64,000 bases of DNA from Mobula hypostoma (taxonomy: Eukaryota), in contig NC_086108.1 in the NCBI RefSeq assembly GCF_963921235.1, positions 85,624,001-85,688,000 of the forward strand, in the 5' to 3' direction. The notes under the pieces were generated by a model. The model made no database searches. It was not told where the DNA came from and worked only from the letters and a program-made list of their open reading frames with translations. Shown here piece after piece: positions 1 through 12,921 of the stretch. Every line of letters begins with the position of its first letter. Positions within the stretch are counted from its first letter, which is position 1. Both the position numbers and the translations under genes were made by a program.

Positions 1-139
1 TACCTAGTTCATGATTGATACGTCAGAATAGAAGATGACATTGAGTGTTCCTACTGCAGTTGTCCCTGGTGGTTGAAGTTGTAGGTTTGGAAAGTGTTCT
101 TGGAGTAAACTTGGCGAATAATTGCAGTATATTGTATAA

Positions 140-410
140 AGCTTCCTCCCACAGGTAGTCAGACTGCTAAATAGCTGCTCTACCTGACTCTGCTTTGGAC
201 ACTTTTAACTTGCACTGGACACTTATAACTTGATTTTAACTGACATGTGGCTGTTGTGTTTTACTATTTATTGTTGTGTTTATTATTTAGTGTTGCGTTT
301 GTTATGTTATGATTGCACTGCTCCTGAGAAACGCTGTCTCATTCTGCCCTGCAGAGCTGATGTACGGTTAGAATGACAATAAAGTTTTTTGAATCTTTGA
401 ATCTTGAATC
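140..410 (+). mobile_element. Rex1/Babar LINE 3' end, 5'-truncated, with (TTGAATC)n tail
   Basis: Near-identical to the reverse complement of 50671-50945, which is joined to a Rex1-type RT C-terminus (DPSHPLH..LPSGKRYRS). AATAAA then a TTGAATC tail. Confidence 0.8.
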
Positions 411-632
411 TAGATTGCGTGCAACAAGCTACACTTGTGCCAAATACCTATGAAGGGCAGTCAAAATGAAGAGATTATTTTGTACTGGAAACTTCACTGT
501 ATTTATCAGTATGGATTTTCACACAGAGAGCCTTGCAGACAGTATTAATGTTAAGGTTAGTAGAGATTCTCACCTGGCTCAGAAAAAAATCTTTGAGAAT
601 TTATATATATGTTAATGAGATTCCACAAGTCC

Positions 633-855
633 TAAGACATAGGAGCAGTATTTGGCCATTTGACCCAACCAATCTACTGTGCCATTCGATCATGGCTGGT
701 TTATTTACTCTCTCAACCCCATTCTGCTGCCTTATCCCCATAACATTTGACGTCCTTACTAATTAAGTACATATCAACCTCCACATTAAAAATACCCAAT
801 GACTTGGCCTCCACAGTTGTCTGAGACAATGAATTCCACAGATTCATCACCATCT
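633..855 (-). mobile_element. CR1 LINE 3' end fragment
   Basis: Resembles the other CR1 3' ends in the window (gaattccacagattcatcac = VVNLWNS on the minus strand; taagacatagg tail). Confidence 0.7.
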
Positions 856-1254
856 TCTGTCAGTATGAGCTAATTGTTAGGTTATACTTATGAAAGGGGA
901 GGAAATGGAAATATGTAGAATGTGAATGAGTTCTTTGATGGGAACACATTTGCTCTGCATCACTCTGCCATAAAACTATATATCTGCCTGTCTTAAATCC
1001 ACCCTGGTTTAAAATCAAAATTCCATGGAAATTGAAAACATGGTTTACTGAAGGGGCATGTTGAAAGGTACTACATATTTATGTAGAAGGGTAGGGAGAG
1101 ATTGTACATTGTAGTTTCCCATTATCTAATCAAAACCAACTCCAATATCATGATTCTTGTGTCCAACATCAGGAGTACAGACAGTACTTTTTACTGAATT
1201 GTCTTTCAAGACTTGCTCATTTTCCTTATCTACCTGTACCACCATGCACGGCAT

Positions 1255-1540
1255 TTTATTTATTTATTATTTAGTGATACAGTGCAGAGTAGGCCCTTCT
1301 GGCCTTTTGAGCCTCACCGCCCAGCAATCCCCAACAAACCTGATTAACCCTAACCTAATCATGGAACAACCTAAAATGACCAATTAACCCACCTGAAATG
1401 CCTTTGGACTGAGGAAGGAAACAAGAGGACACGGAGAAAATGTAAAGAGACTACTTACTGAATTGTGCCAGAACTGAACTGCAAACTCCAGAACACCTCG
1501 AGCTGTAATAGCATCACACTAACCACTACGCTACCATACA
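1255..1540 (-). mobile_element. Degraded tRNA-derived SINE with CR1-like tail
   Basis: Head gtatggtagcgtagtggttagtg on the minus strand (A-box-like). Similar to 27755-27895. Confidence 0.55.
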
Positions 1541-3054
1541 CCCTAGTAAGATTCTTTCTACATAGGTGTGTTTCCTGCAAGCCAGTTCCCATTTGAGATG
1601 TGGTAATTGCAATATCTCTTAATTGGCAGCAGTCTTCACAGATAAGCTTATTCTTCTTAGTACACCATTAACAAATTTTTAAATATTTCACTCAAAATTG
1701 ATAGTTCAAATGAAGATTATCAGCTCAGCCCCATGGCAAATGACGTAGGCAAAGAACTTCCTTTTCTACTAGGTTAAGGTTGGTGAACTTACGGAATAGA
1801 ATCTTTCCCCTGAAGAGACGTCGTTTTGTACTTTGCAACTCTACCATCAATTACTTTTACCTCCACTTTGTATGCACTTTGAGACTTGGTGTAACATCTC
1901 ACTTCAGCTACAAATCAAATTCAGGTCATATTTGCCTTACAAAGAATCCTAGAATTTCTATTCCTGATGGTCTCATATAGTATTAACTTTTTATTTCCCT
2001 TTACTGTAATCTTGGTGCTTGCAACACGTTGTACCTTATTTTAAAGGTCAAATTATTTTTGAGCGGGAGATTCCATTGACCACCAATCTGTTTCTGAGAA
2101 CTGCTGTGAAAAGTTGCCCACATTTGCAATTCTCTAAATTGTTCCACTATTTGATGGAGGATATCAATCTTTCCTTCTTTCTATTGATGGAATTCAAGTG
2201 CTTGGTTTGATATGGGCCATTTTGATGAAGTTGGTTTACAATATTTTAAAGTCATCAGAATGGTCTGTTCCTTTGCCAAGATCTCCTTGATTTCTTATCA
2301 GATCTACTGTGTATTTCCTGGAGGCATTTTGCAAGATATAATTGATTTTCAAGGCATCTTTAATCTGCCTTGTAAATTTCTCCTTTTATTTGTATGCTCC
2401 ATTCTGAAACTCAAATCCTTGACAGTCACTTTGAGGCTGAACTTTATTTTAATTTTCCTGGCTTGCCTCTCAGTGGAAAATCTCTGTGCACATTCCCATT
2501 GGGATTATTGAGAGCACTGGATCAGCATTCTTGTTGTGCTGCCTATGAGTCCCCTGTTAAGTATGCTCAAGGTTGGTCAATGCCTGAAATGGGGATCACT
2601 TGGGAATAACAGGTGCAGTTGGCTTTCTGGCTGTGGAAGCAAAGGATCTGAGCAGCACAGTTCCATGAAATCACGTTACATATTGCAAGTAGTCACCCCT
2701 TTTCCCTCCATAATGTACAAGTAAGTTTGAGTTGAAAATGCAATGCTTGCTTGTAAACTATGGCTTCTTTTCATCTTACTTTAAATGATGACCTCCTCCT
2801 CCCTACAATGATTTGACAAGATGTATGCGTCTGTATTGACAACAGAGTTCTATACGTCAGAAGTAGAATAGAAAAAGCTGATTGTTCCCTGCTTACTTGC
2901 CTAATAAAATATACATTTTAAACCACTTTTTATAATGTTGTTTACACTGTAAATACATGCTGGCATTTGTGTATTTAGGTGCATCTTATTCCATATCTGT
3001 ACTTTAACCTCTAACTTTTTAATGTATTTTTTATTCTTAATAATTTTTGAAAGT

Positions 3055-3407
3055 TATAGAGTCATTGAAAATTACAGCACAGAAACAGGCTCTTTGGCCC
3101 ATCTGGTCTGTGGCAAACCATTTAAACTGCCTACTCTCTTGACCTGCACCGGGGCCATAGCCCTTTGTACTCCTACCATCCATGTACCTATCCAAACTTC
3201 TCTTAAACATTGAAATTGAGCTGGCATGCACCACTTGCACTGGCAGCTCATTCCACACTCTCACAACCCTCTGAGTGAAGAGGCTCCCCCTCATGTTCCC
3301 TTTACACTTTTTTGCTTTTCATCTTGAACCCACAACCTCCACTTGTAGTCCCACCCAACCTCAGTGGAAAAAGCCTGCTTGCATTACCTTGTCTATACCC
3401 CTCATAA
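3055..3407 (-). mobile_element. CR1 LINE 3' end
   Basis: ORF 3037-3294 (FTQRVVRVWNELP..FKRSLDRYM) is the CR1 ORF2 C-terminus. Confidence 0.85.
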
Positions 3408-3579
3408 TGTTGTTTTTGTTGCATGTTACGCCAACACACCACAGCAAATTCCTAATACATGCAAGTGCATATGGCGAATAAAGCTGATCTTTCATCCTTC
3501 GTCCTTGATATTTCGGAACTGTTAAGAATTTACTAACAATTGAAAATCTATAGAACAGCAAAACCTTTACATTGAGATA

Positions 3580-3970
3580 CACGCAGTTACCACTTCATTA
3601 GCTGCCCTTGTACACCCACTTGTTAATGCAGATATCTAATCAGCCAATCATATGGCAACAGGTCAATGCATAAAAACATGCGGGCATTGTCAAGAAGTTC
3701 AGTTATTCAGACCAAGCATTAGATTAGGGAAGGAAATATGCTTTAAGTGACTTTGTTGTTGGAATGATTGTGGGTGCCAGACAGAGTGGTTTGAGTATCT
3801 CAGAAACTGCTGCTCTCCTGGGATTTTAACATACAACAGTCTGTAAAGTTCACAGAGAATGGTGTGAAAAACAAAAAAAAAGCTTTCAGTGAGCAGCAGT
3901 TCTGTGGGTGAAAACACTTTGCTAATGATAAAGATCAGAACAGAATGGCCAGACTGACTCTAACAGGTAT
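3580..3970 (+). mobile_element. Non-autonomous Tc1 derivative (transposase N-terminal HTH remnant)
   Basis: Translates to LSDFVVGMIVGARQSGLSISETAALLGF, a Tc1 paired-like HTH. Same family as 62968-63500. Confidence 0.7.
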
Positions 3971-4479
3971 AACTGTAAAAGATTTTTTTTTATGTGTGGG
4001 AGGAGGGCTGATGCTCTTGTTTTTGTTTGCACGAACTTTTTTTTGTGCGGGGGGGGGAATGATGCTTTCCTTTGAATGGGTTCCATGGTTTTCTACGCTT
4101 TGTGGCTCTCTGTGGAGAAGACGAATCTCAAGGCTCTGTACTGCTACATACTTTGATTATAAATGTACTCTGAATCCTTTGAATAAATGGATTGGGAATA
4201 AACCTATTTACTCTAATAAGTTATAAGGTTATTAGCACTAGGAAAGGTAACATACAATTTGTTGGATTAGCTGGATTAGTGCTATACGAAATATGGTGTT
4301 TCTCTCCTTGCTAAACAGAGAATTCTTTTCTGGTGGCTTTGTTCACAATGAGTAACGTTACTATTAAATTGTAAGAGTCAAGACAGGGATGGCAAGATGC
4401 CAACCCGTATTTATGTAAATAAGCAGAGTTACTTTGTGAGATATATTTACAGCTGCTTTGTTGTTAAAGAATGCTCTAA

Positions 4480-5600
4480 CAATAAGTGGGAATTTATAGG
4501 CTGTGAGTTTGACATCAGTAGTTGGTAAGTTATTGGACAGTATTCTAAGGGACTAGATATATATGTAACACCCTTGGGAAAGATTTCACTGCCAACGTAA
4601 TGGTCTTTCTGTAGAAACATTTTTTGGGTTATGGTTAGAGATAATGAGTGTTTTTGACTGTGAACTGTCCAATGAAGGGAGTGTGTTTCTCGTGCCATGT
4701 GCCCGACACCGGTGTGTGAGCTGGGTCTTTGGTTTGGCAGGGAATGATGGGAGCAGACGCCGGAGAGAAGAGGTCATACGACTCGACCCGGAGCGGAGCC
4801 AAGATCTGACGAAAGCTGGGGAGCAGACGCCGGAGAGAAGAGGTCATACGACTCGACCCGGAGCGGAGCCAAGATCTGACGAAAGCTGGGGAGCTCGAAG
4901 GAGGATCGGCGAAGGGGAAACCGTGAGCTCCAACTTGTGCACATTAGACTGTTTCATTAAAATGGGCCCTTTTCGTTTTTTTTTTGCTTTTTCTTTACTA
5001 ACCCTTTAGTCAAATTAAGAATTATAAAGCTAAATCCTTTAATTTTATGCAGTGTACTGTCTGTTGTTTCATGGTACTGATTTGTAACAGGGTAACGAAT
5101 CACGTAGCTTCCACACAAATGGGGGGTTTCGGGGTGGGCTTACACCTCAATCTCACACATATGGCGGGGCCAGAGGTCGTCTTCCCTAGATTTACACATC
5201 TGACAGAATCAGAGTGTTTCATATAAGCAGTTGGATTGACTAGAGATAGCCAATATGGTTTTGTGCACAGTAGCTCATGTCTAACCAATCTTATAGAGTT
5301 TTTTGAGAGTTCAGAAAAATTGATGAAGACAAGCAGTGAATGTTGTCTACATGGACCTTAGCAAGGTCTCAGACAACGTCCCACATAGGAAGTTGGTCAA
5401 GAAAATTCAGTTGCTTCACATTCAGAATGACGTAGTAAGTTGGATTAGACATGGGCTTCGTGGGAGATACCAGAGAGTGGTAGTGGATAATGGCCTCTCA
5501 GACTGGAGGCCTGAAACCAGTGGTGTGTTGCAGGACTGATGCTGCGTCTGATGTTGTTTGTCATCTGTATCAATGATCTGGTTGATAATGTAGCATATTT
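4480..5600 (+). mobile_element. CR1 RT fragment interrupted by a solo LTR
   Basis: NYRPVSLTSVVGK-like motif before 4564. VVYMDLSKVSDNVPH and QRVVVD motifs in ORF 5336-5539. Confidence 0.75.
4564..5221 (+). mobile_element. Solo LTR (TG...CA, 4-bp TSD TATA)
   Basis: Starts TGTAAC and ends GTTTCA, flanked by TATA on both sides. The CR1 host rejoins across it. Homologous to 10046-11020. Confidence 0.8.
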
Positions 5601-5789
5601 CGAAGTTCAAAGTAAATTTATTATCAAAATACGTTATATACCCTGAAACCACATCCTTAATATTTGACTCCAACATCTTCCCAACCATAGAGTTCAAACT
5701 AATTGGCCTATAATTTCCTTTCATCTGCTTCTCCCTTCTTGAAGACATTTGCAATTTTTGTCTTCCTGAGTAAAGTGGAGTATAATGCA

Positions 5790-6245
5790 TTTAATTGCTA
5801 TACAATAGTTCAACTGAGCTAAAAATGGTGTTGTTGATGATTTTTGTTTGTACTCAGTGACTGAGACCTCTCACTTAAGTGTCCAACAATAATCAGCCAG
5901 CATTGATAGATTCCAGTTGCCATGATACCGTTTCTCCATGATCACAATGTCCTGGTGAAATCTTTCATTGTGTTCACCACTGACAGCGCCAAGATATGCA
6001 ATGAAGAAGTCTAAATGGGAGTGCAGAAAGTTAATCTTTAGTAACATGTTGCACTTCACGATTTCAGCTTGCATTGTGGGCAACATTTTAATTGACTTGA
6101 ATTTTGAATTGAAATAACAAATATAGGTGATTTTAAAAATTGGTGAATGATAGGGAAATATCATTGTGATTTTCATGATCAGCAGCCCAAAATCCATAAG
6201 ATACACTCAAAAGCATTCAGGAAGCAAAATCTTTGTTGTCCATTG
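5790..6245 (-). mobile_element. Chapaev3 (CMC superfamily) DNA transposon deletion derivative
   Basis: ORF 5871-6206 ends KINFLHSHLDFF..LGAVSGEHNERFHQDI..MEKRY.G.W..SMLADYCW, the Chapaev3 transposase C-terminal motif. Terminus CAATGGACAACAAA on the minus strand at 6245. Confidence 0.75.
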
Positions 6246-6439
6246 TGATAGCATTCTAGCCCTGCCACAGCTAAAGCACCCTTTGGAGGTTCAAGTTTGA
6301 TCTAGAATTGCAATTTTGCCCATGAGGTGGCTTCCTGGAGATCTCACCTGGGCCTTTTGTATCTTACTTGGTTGCCACATCTAAATACTGCTGATCTGGC
6401 CCTTGGCAGATTGAGGAGCTCATGGTTCACTCAGAGCTT

Positions 6440-7305
6440 CAGGTATTTGCAGATGACACCAAGATTGGAGATATAGTGGACAGTGAGGAAGGCCATCAAA
6501 GCTTGTAGCAGGATCTGGGCCCTCTGGGAGAGTGGACTGAAAGTTGGCAGATGGAACATAATGCAGACAAGTGTGAGCTGTTGCACTTCAGGAAGGTAAA
6601 TCAGGATAGGATATACTGTACACGGTGATTGGTAGGGTGCTGAGGAATGTGGTAGAACAGAAGGATCCATAATTCCTTGAAAGAGGCATCATAGGTAGAT
6701 AGGGCCATAAAGAGAGCTTTTGGTACTTAACAGGAGTTGGAATGTTATGTTGAAGTTTTATAAGGTGTGGGTGAAGCCTAATTTGGAGTATTACGTGCAG
6801 TTGGTCACCTACCTACTAGAAAGAGTGCAGAGAAAATTTACATGGGTGTTGCCAGGACCTGAGGACCTGAGTTATCTGGAAAGGTTGAATCGGTTAAAAC
6901 TTTATTCCCTATAGCACAAGAGGATGATGGGAGATTTGACAGAGGTATATGAAATTTTGAGGGGTATAGATAGGGTAAACGCAAGCGGGCTGTTTTCCAC
7001 TGACATTGTGTGAAACTAAAAATAGTGCTCATAGGTTAAGGGTGAAAGGTGAACTGTTTAAGGGAAGCGTGAGGGAGAACTTCTTCACTCAGAGGGTGTT
7101 GAGTGTGTGAAACGAGCTGCGAGCGGAAGTGATGGATTCAGGTTCAATATCAACATTTAAAAGAAATTTGGATAGGCAAATGGATAGGAGGCATATGGAG
7201 GGCCATGGTGCAGGTGCAGGTTGATGGGAGTGGGAACATTAATAGTTTGGCATGAAGTAGATGGGCTGAAGGGCCTGTTTCTGTGCTTCTGTGTTCTATG
7301 ACTCT
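6440..7305 (+). mobile_element. CR1 ORF2 3' part and 3' UTR (likely continuation of 4480-5600)
   Basis: FADDTK, KPNLEY, ERVQRKFT and FTQRVL motifs; tctatgactct tail. Confidence 0.85.
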
Positions 7306-7514
7306 GTGGTCAAATGTCTCTCTCCATGAAGGTTGAGCAGAAGTTTTATCAAGAGAAGATTTGTTCATCATAACATATAATTGATTCAACACTAGATCAA
7401 TTCAATACAAGTATGCCTATTAGTCCCTTCGTTCTCCCACTGCATGTTCTTTTCACTCTCTTTTGTGCTTCACACTCTTCACAGTAGTTTTCCCATTTGA
7501 AATAATGTCGCTTT

Positions 7515-7690
7515 CAAATCCTACCCAGCTTCTTTATAGGGCCTCTGCCCCTTCCCTCTTCAGTCCTGTCGAAGGGTTGCGGCCCGAAACGTTGACTGAT
7601 TGTTTCCACGGATGCTGCCTGACCTGCTGAGCTCCCCCAGCATGTTGTGAGTGTTGCTTTGACCTCAGCATCTGCAGTGTATTTTGTGTT
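7515..7690 (+). mobile_element. Penelope-like element terminal repeat with degenerate hammerhead ribozyme
   Basis: cagtc-CTGTCGA-agggttgcggccc-GAAAC-GTT-gactg followed by gatgctgcctgacctgctgag. Same family as 54350-54485. Confidence 0.7.
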
Positions 7691-7692
7691 GA

Positions 7693-8890
7693 GAAAAGAG
7701 CATGGCCTGGGTGGTGAGGATCTCTGGTGATGAATGCCGCTTTTCAACAGCAATGTTTCCTGTTGATGTGCTCAATGGTTGGGAGGGTTTTACCGATGAT
7801 GCACTGAACTGAATCCACTACATTTTCAGGATTTTCCACGCAAAGGCACTGGCGTACCCATACCAGGCCATAATGCAGCCAGTCAACACACTTTCCAACA
7901 CATCTACAGAAGTTTGCCAAGGTTTTTGATGACATACCAAATCCCCGTAGACTCCTGAGGAAGTAGAGGCACTGTTGTGCTTTCTTCACAATTATATTCA
8001 TACGATGTGTCCAGGACAGGTCCTCTGAGATAGAGACACCCAGGACTTTAAAGTTACTGACCTTGTCTACCTCTGATCCTCTGATAAAGACTAGCTCATA
8101 GACCACTGGCTTTCCTCTCCTGATATCTACAATCAGTTCTTTGGTCTTATTGACATTGAGAGAGAGGTTGTTGATATTACATCACTCAGCTAAATTTTCA
8201 GTCTCCCTCCTGCATGCTGATTCATCACCATCTTTGATAAAGCCCACCACAATGGTGTCATCAGCAAACTTGTATATGGTGTTGGAACTGTACTTAGCCA
8301 TACAGTCATAGGTGTAAATCGAGTAGAGCAGGGGAATAAGCACACATCTCCGTGGTGCTCCTGTGCAGATGGAAATTATGGAGGAGGTGCTTTTGACAAT
8401 CCGAACTGACCGCGATCTACAAGTGAGGAATCCAATTGAACAGGAGGGTATTGAGACTCAGGTCTTGGAGTTTTCTGATTAGTTTTGAGGGGGTGATGAT
8501 GTTAAATACTGAGCTGTAATTGATAAAGAGCATCTTGATGTAATGCATCTTTGCTGTCCAGAAGTTCCAGGATTGAGTAAAGAGACAATGAGATAGCATC
8601 TGCTGTAGACCCGTTGCTTTGGAAGGCGTATTGGAGCAGATCTAAGTCGCCACTCAAGCAGGAGCTGATGTGCTTCAACACCAGCCTCTTAAAAAAAAAA
8701 CTTCCTCACTGTGGATGTGAGTGCCACTGGGTAGTAGTCGTTTAGACAGGTATCACATTCAGATGTCACACTCTGCTTGAGCATCGGTGTGCCTGAAGCC
8801 TGCTTGAAGCATGTGAGCAAGAGGGAGAAGGTATCTGTGAATACTCCAGCCATTTGGTCAGCACATATATTCAGTACTCTGCCAGATACT
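7693..8890 (-). mobile_element. Rex1/Babar LINE RT fragments
   Basis: [22 protein letters not shown] and KKAQQCLYFLRSL motifs in ORFs 8689-8976, 8417-8599 and 7744-8106. Confidence 0.85.
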
Positions 8891-10045
8891 CTGTTCAGAC
8901 CAGCTGCTGTCATCACCATCTTGGATTCACTGTCTTGCCCATCATCTTCAGATACTGAGTCCTCTTGTGTACTCACATCATTATTGTCAACAATGCCTTT
9001 AGCAAAGCCTTTTAATTTATTTCAACACATTTTCCTTTGTCAGTCTGTCACTTTGTTAGTGCTCAAATGTGCCTATTAATGTCTCTTTCAATGGTCTATA
9101 CCTATAAGCCTTACACAATGATATTTCTGCAATGTGCCCTGAGAATGTTGTGCTATAATAGAGGTACAATTCAAAGGTAGGATATTGTTATGAAAACTTC
9201 CAAATGTTTCACAGGCACTTGTCAAGGAAAATTTGCTATCAGTTTTCATCAGCTGAAGATAATAAAACAAAGCTAGGCCAGATAAGTGGACTTTTAAACT
9301 GTGTTTTAAATAAAGAAAAACAGTTGGAAAGCAATGAGTGTTAAGAAGAGAAATTCAGAACTTAGAGCTTAGGTAATTGGAGGCAAGGCTGACAGTGGAG
9401 AAATTAAATCAGTGTCTATGCTGCATTTATGTGTACTTATGGGAAGAAAATAAAGGTTAAGCCTCTTGTTCAATATGCAAAAGCTAGTATTAAGATTCAA
9501 GCATTAAACGCTCCCATGGAGTGAAGTATAATTCCCAGTATATCTCTGGGGTCCAAACCTGCAGCAGATACTAATTGACAGTGAGGATTTATGCTCCTCT
9601 GTGTTTGTTGTTATGCTTTAGGCTGTCGTCTCTGGAGCATTTTTTGTTTAGTTTCATGTATTGACATTGTACTGCTGTGTGATAATGGTGGCAGTCATTA
9701 CACACGTAATGGGTTTCTCAAGGACCGAATTTTGTTGTAGGAGGCATGTTCTACAGGTGATGGGCTGTCTTTTCTGACAGACAGCAGTGTACTATCTGGT
9801 GGATACTAATACTGACTGCTGTGGCTGTGTCATCCAGTCCTCTGTGAGAAAGGGTTGGCAAGGTCTGTGTGGGCCAAGATGATTTATCACACTGCTGTTG
9901 AATGCAACACTTTGACATGATGGTCTATAGCTTTGAAAAATTATGGTGAATGTCATTTGACACTTTGTGAATAATAGCAGCATCAAGCAGCACTTCAATA
10001 AAAGTATCAAGGATCTTTATGCACACACATGTGCACAGAAGAAAG

Positions 10046-11020
10046 TGTAATACCCTGGGAAAGGCTTTACTGCTAATGTAACGGTCTTTCTGTGGAAGCA
10101 GTGTTGGGGTTATGGTTAACATAGAACATAGAATAGTACAGCACAGTACAGGCCCTTCGGCCCGCAATGTTTTCCTGACCCTCAAACCCTGCCTCCCATA
10201 TAACCCCCCACCTTAAATTCCTCCATATACCTGTCTAGTAGTCTCTTAAACTTCACTAGTGTATCTGCCTCCACCACTGACTCAGGCAGTGCATTCCACG
10301 CACCAACCACCCTCTGAGTTAAAAAACCTCCCTCTAATATCCCCCTTGAACTTCCCACCCCTTACCTTAAAGCCATGTCCTCTTGTATTGAGCAGTGGTG
10401 CCCTGGGGAAGAGGCGCTGGCTATCCACTCTATCTATTCCTCTTATTATCTTGTACACCTCTATCATGTCTCCTCTCATCCTCCTTCTCTCCAAAGAGCA
10501 AAGCCCTAGCTCCCTTAATCTCTGGTCATAGAGAGAACGGGTGCTGTCCAATGACGGGAGGCTGTTTTCGTGCCGTGTGCCTGTCACCAGGGCGTTCTGG
10601 GTCTTTTGTTCGGTGGGAGATGAGGAGAGAAGACGCCAGAGGGATTAGGTCATAGGACTCAACCCAGAGCCGACGAAGGCTGGGGAGATCAAAGGAGGAT
10701 ACAGCGAAGGGGAACGCGTGAGCTGCAATTTATGCACATTAGACTGTTCCATTAAAATGGGCCCTTTTTGTTTTTTGCTTTTTCTTCACTAACCCCGTAG
10801 TCAAATTAAGAATTATAGAGCTAAATCATTTAATTGTATGTGGCGAACTGTCTGTTTTCTCGTGGTACTGATTTGTAACAGGGTAACGAATCACGCAGCA
10901 TCCACACAAACGGGGGGGGGGTGGTTTCGGGGTGGGCTCACCTCTCAATCTCACCCGTTTGGCAGGGCCAGAGAATTGTCTTCCCTAGACTTACACAGCC
11001 AACTGAACCTGAGAATGACA
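10046..11020 (+). mobile_element. Solo LTR, second copy of the 4564-5221 family, interrupted by CR1
   Basis: TGTAAT...GACA ends. Colinear with 4564-5221 once 10119-10528 is removed. Confidence 0.75.
10119..10528 (-). mobile_element. Young CR1 3' end inserted in the solo LTR
   Basis: RLRELGLCSLERRRMRGDMIEVYKI..TRGH motif; (CTATGTT) tail. Nearly identical to 41411-41599. Confidence 0.85.
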
Positions 11021-11279
11021 AAAATATTCCCTACTTACAATAAAAATTGCTAAAGGTAGAAACTCAAAACTTCAGGTAGTGACCATAAAGAGAGAAAATG
11101 ACTAGTATTTTGAGGTCAAGTTTGGTATTCAAATATAAACATTATGGCGTTGATCCCCAACATGATATCTAGATTGTACTGAAAGGTGTCAAAGCATCTC
11201 ATCTTCTTACCATAATTAAAGCATGCTCCAACACTGCACTTGGGAGCAACGTTTCCATCTTAATTATTCCTGGTGTCAA

Positions 11280-11845
11280 GATTTACGTTGAAATGATATA
11301 AGACACTGGCAAGGCCCAATTTAGAGTATTGTGTACAGTTCTGGTCACCAGCCTACAGAAAATATATCAATAATTTTGAAATAGTACAGAGAAAATTCAC
11401 AAGGATGTTGTCAGATCTTGAGGAGCTCAGTTATAGGGAAAAGTTGAATAGATTAAAACTTTATTCCCAGAAGCATAGGGCAATGATGGAGGTTTGATAG
11501 AGCTACTGTATATAAAATTATAAGGGTATAGGTAGGGTAAATGTAAGCATGCTTTTTTCCACCGAGGTCGGGTGAGACTAGGACTGGAGGTCATGGGTTA
11601 ACAGTGGATGGTAAAATTGTTAAAGAGAACATAAGGGGGATCTTTTTTCACCGAGCAGGAGGTGAGAATCTGGAACAAGTTTCCAGCACAAGTGGTGGAT
11701 GCGGGTTTGATTTCTACATTTAAGAAAAAACTTGGATAAGTACATGGTTGGGAGGGACATCGATGCAACCAGCCAAATAATATTTTGTCACACACTAGGT
11801 GCATCAAAGGCCCTGTTTCTGTGCTGTGGTTCTCTATGACTCTAT
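11280..11845 (+). mobile_element. CR1 3' fragment
   Basis: RPNLEYCVQFWSP motif and tctatgactcta tail. Confidence 0.8.
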
Positions 11846-12921
11846 TCAGTAATGTCCAGCAGCAAAGTGGAGCGAATAAGTAGACTCAGGAGGTTTGATC
11901 TTTTTTGTAGTATCCTCTGAGGGCCACGGGTGGTCGCCAACGCCACTTGAGTAAACCTTGAGTCTGTTGTTACCTCTTCAGCTGCTATGAATGGTGTCCC
12001 AACTGAAATTTTTCTCCATCATGGTGACTGCCTCCCCTCCCATCCCAATCAACCTTCAGTCTATACTTACAGTGATTACTATTGCTGATTATCATTTCCA
12101 AAGATTCACCTGCCACTGATTTTCCAGCCCAGACTGTCGACTTCAGCAGATGCCTGGGGCAAAATAGAACCAGGTATAATAATGCCGCTATAATTTGCAA
12201 GTCATCCATATACACCCCCAGGCCAGGGTCCCCGCAGCCCACTTCCCACAGCTATTACTTCCATGTTATCCTGTATATCTTGGAGCTAGTGTTTCATGCA
12301 GACAACCTCCATCAAGAAAGGAAGATGTTGGAAAGGAACAGCCTTCGGGCAAATGCGGAGTCAATAGAAAGTATGTGGCAGGGCTGGTTACAGACAGTAG
12401 TAAATCATTGTGATTCTTTTCATATAGACTGTGGAGGCTCAGTTGCTGAAACAGAGGTTGATACATATTTTTAGACATTGAAGGATTCATGGAATATGTC
12501 ATGGAAAGTGGCTCTGAGGTAAAAGAACGTCCATGCTCTTATTAGTTATTGGAGCAGGAACAAGAGGTTGAATGGCTCATGGAGTCATGAACAGATACAG
12601 TAGAGAAACAGGCTCTGCATCCGATTGGGTCTGCACAGACCATCAATGCTTATTTTGCACTAATACTTTGTTAATCCCACTTTTTATTCTCCCCACATTC
12701 TATTCAACTACCTTAAATTCTACAACTCACTAGTGGTAATTTACAGTGGCTAATTAAGCCAGGTGCCTGGCGTCATGAGAGATGTGTTGTTTTGGAAAGA
12801 CTTAATGAGGTAAAAGGAACGTAAATTCTGGCTCGGATATGTTGCTCACAATGACCTGTTCTGGTCTTTAATTTCTAGCAGTCCACAAACTCTTGTCATG
12901 CGCTTGCTCTTGCTGCTACTT

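Noticed and set aside
4749..4894. CRISPR-like array
   Set aside because: Two abutting identical units with no spacers, inside a eukaryotic LTR.
12082..12474. 130-aa ORF as a host exon
   Set aside because: No recognisable protein family; its 3' end runs into CR1 debris; splice sites are unconvincing.
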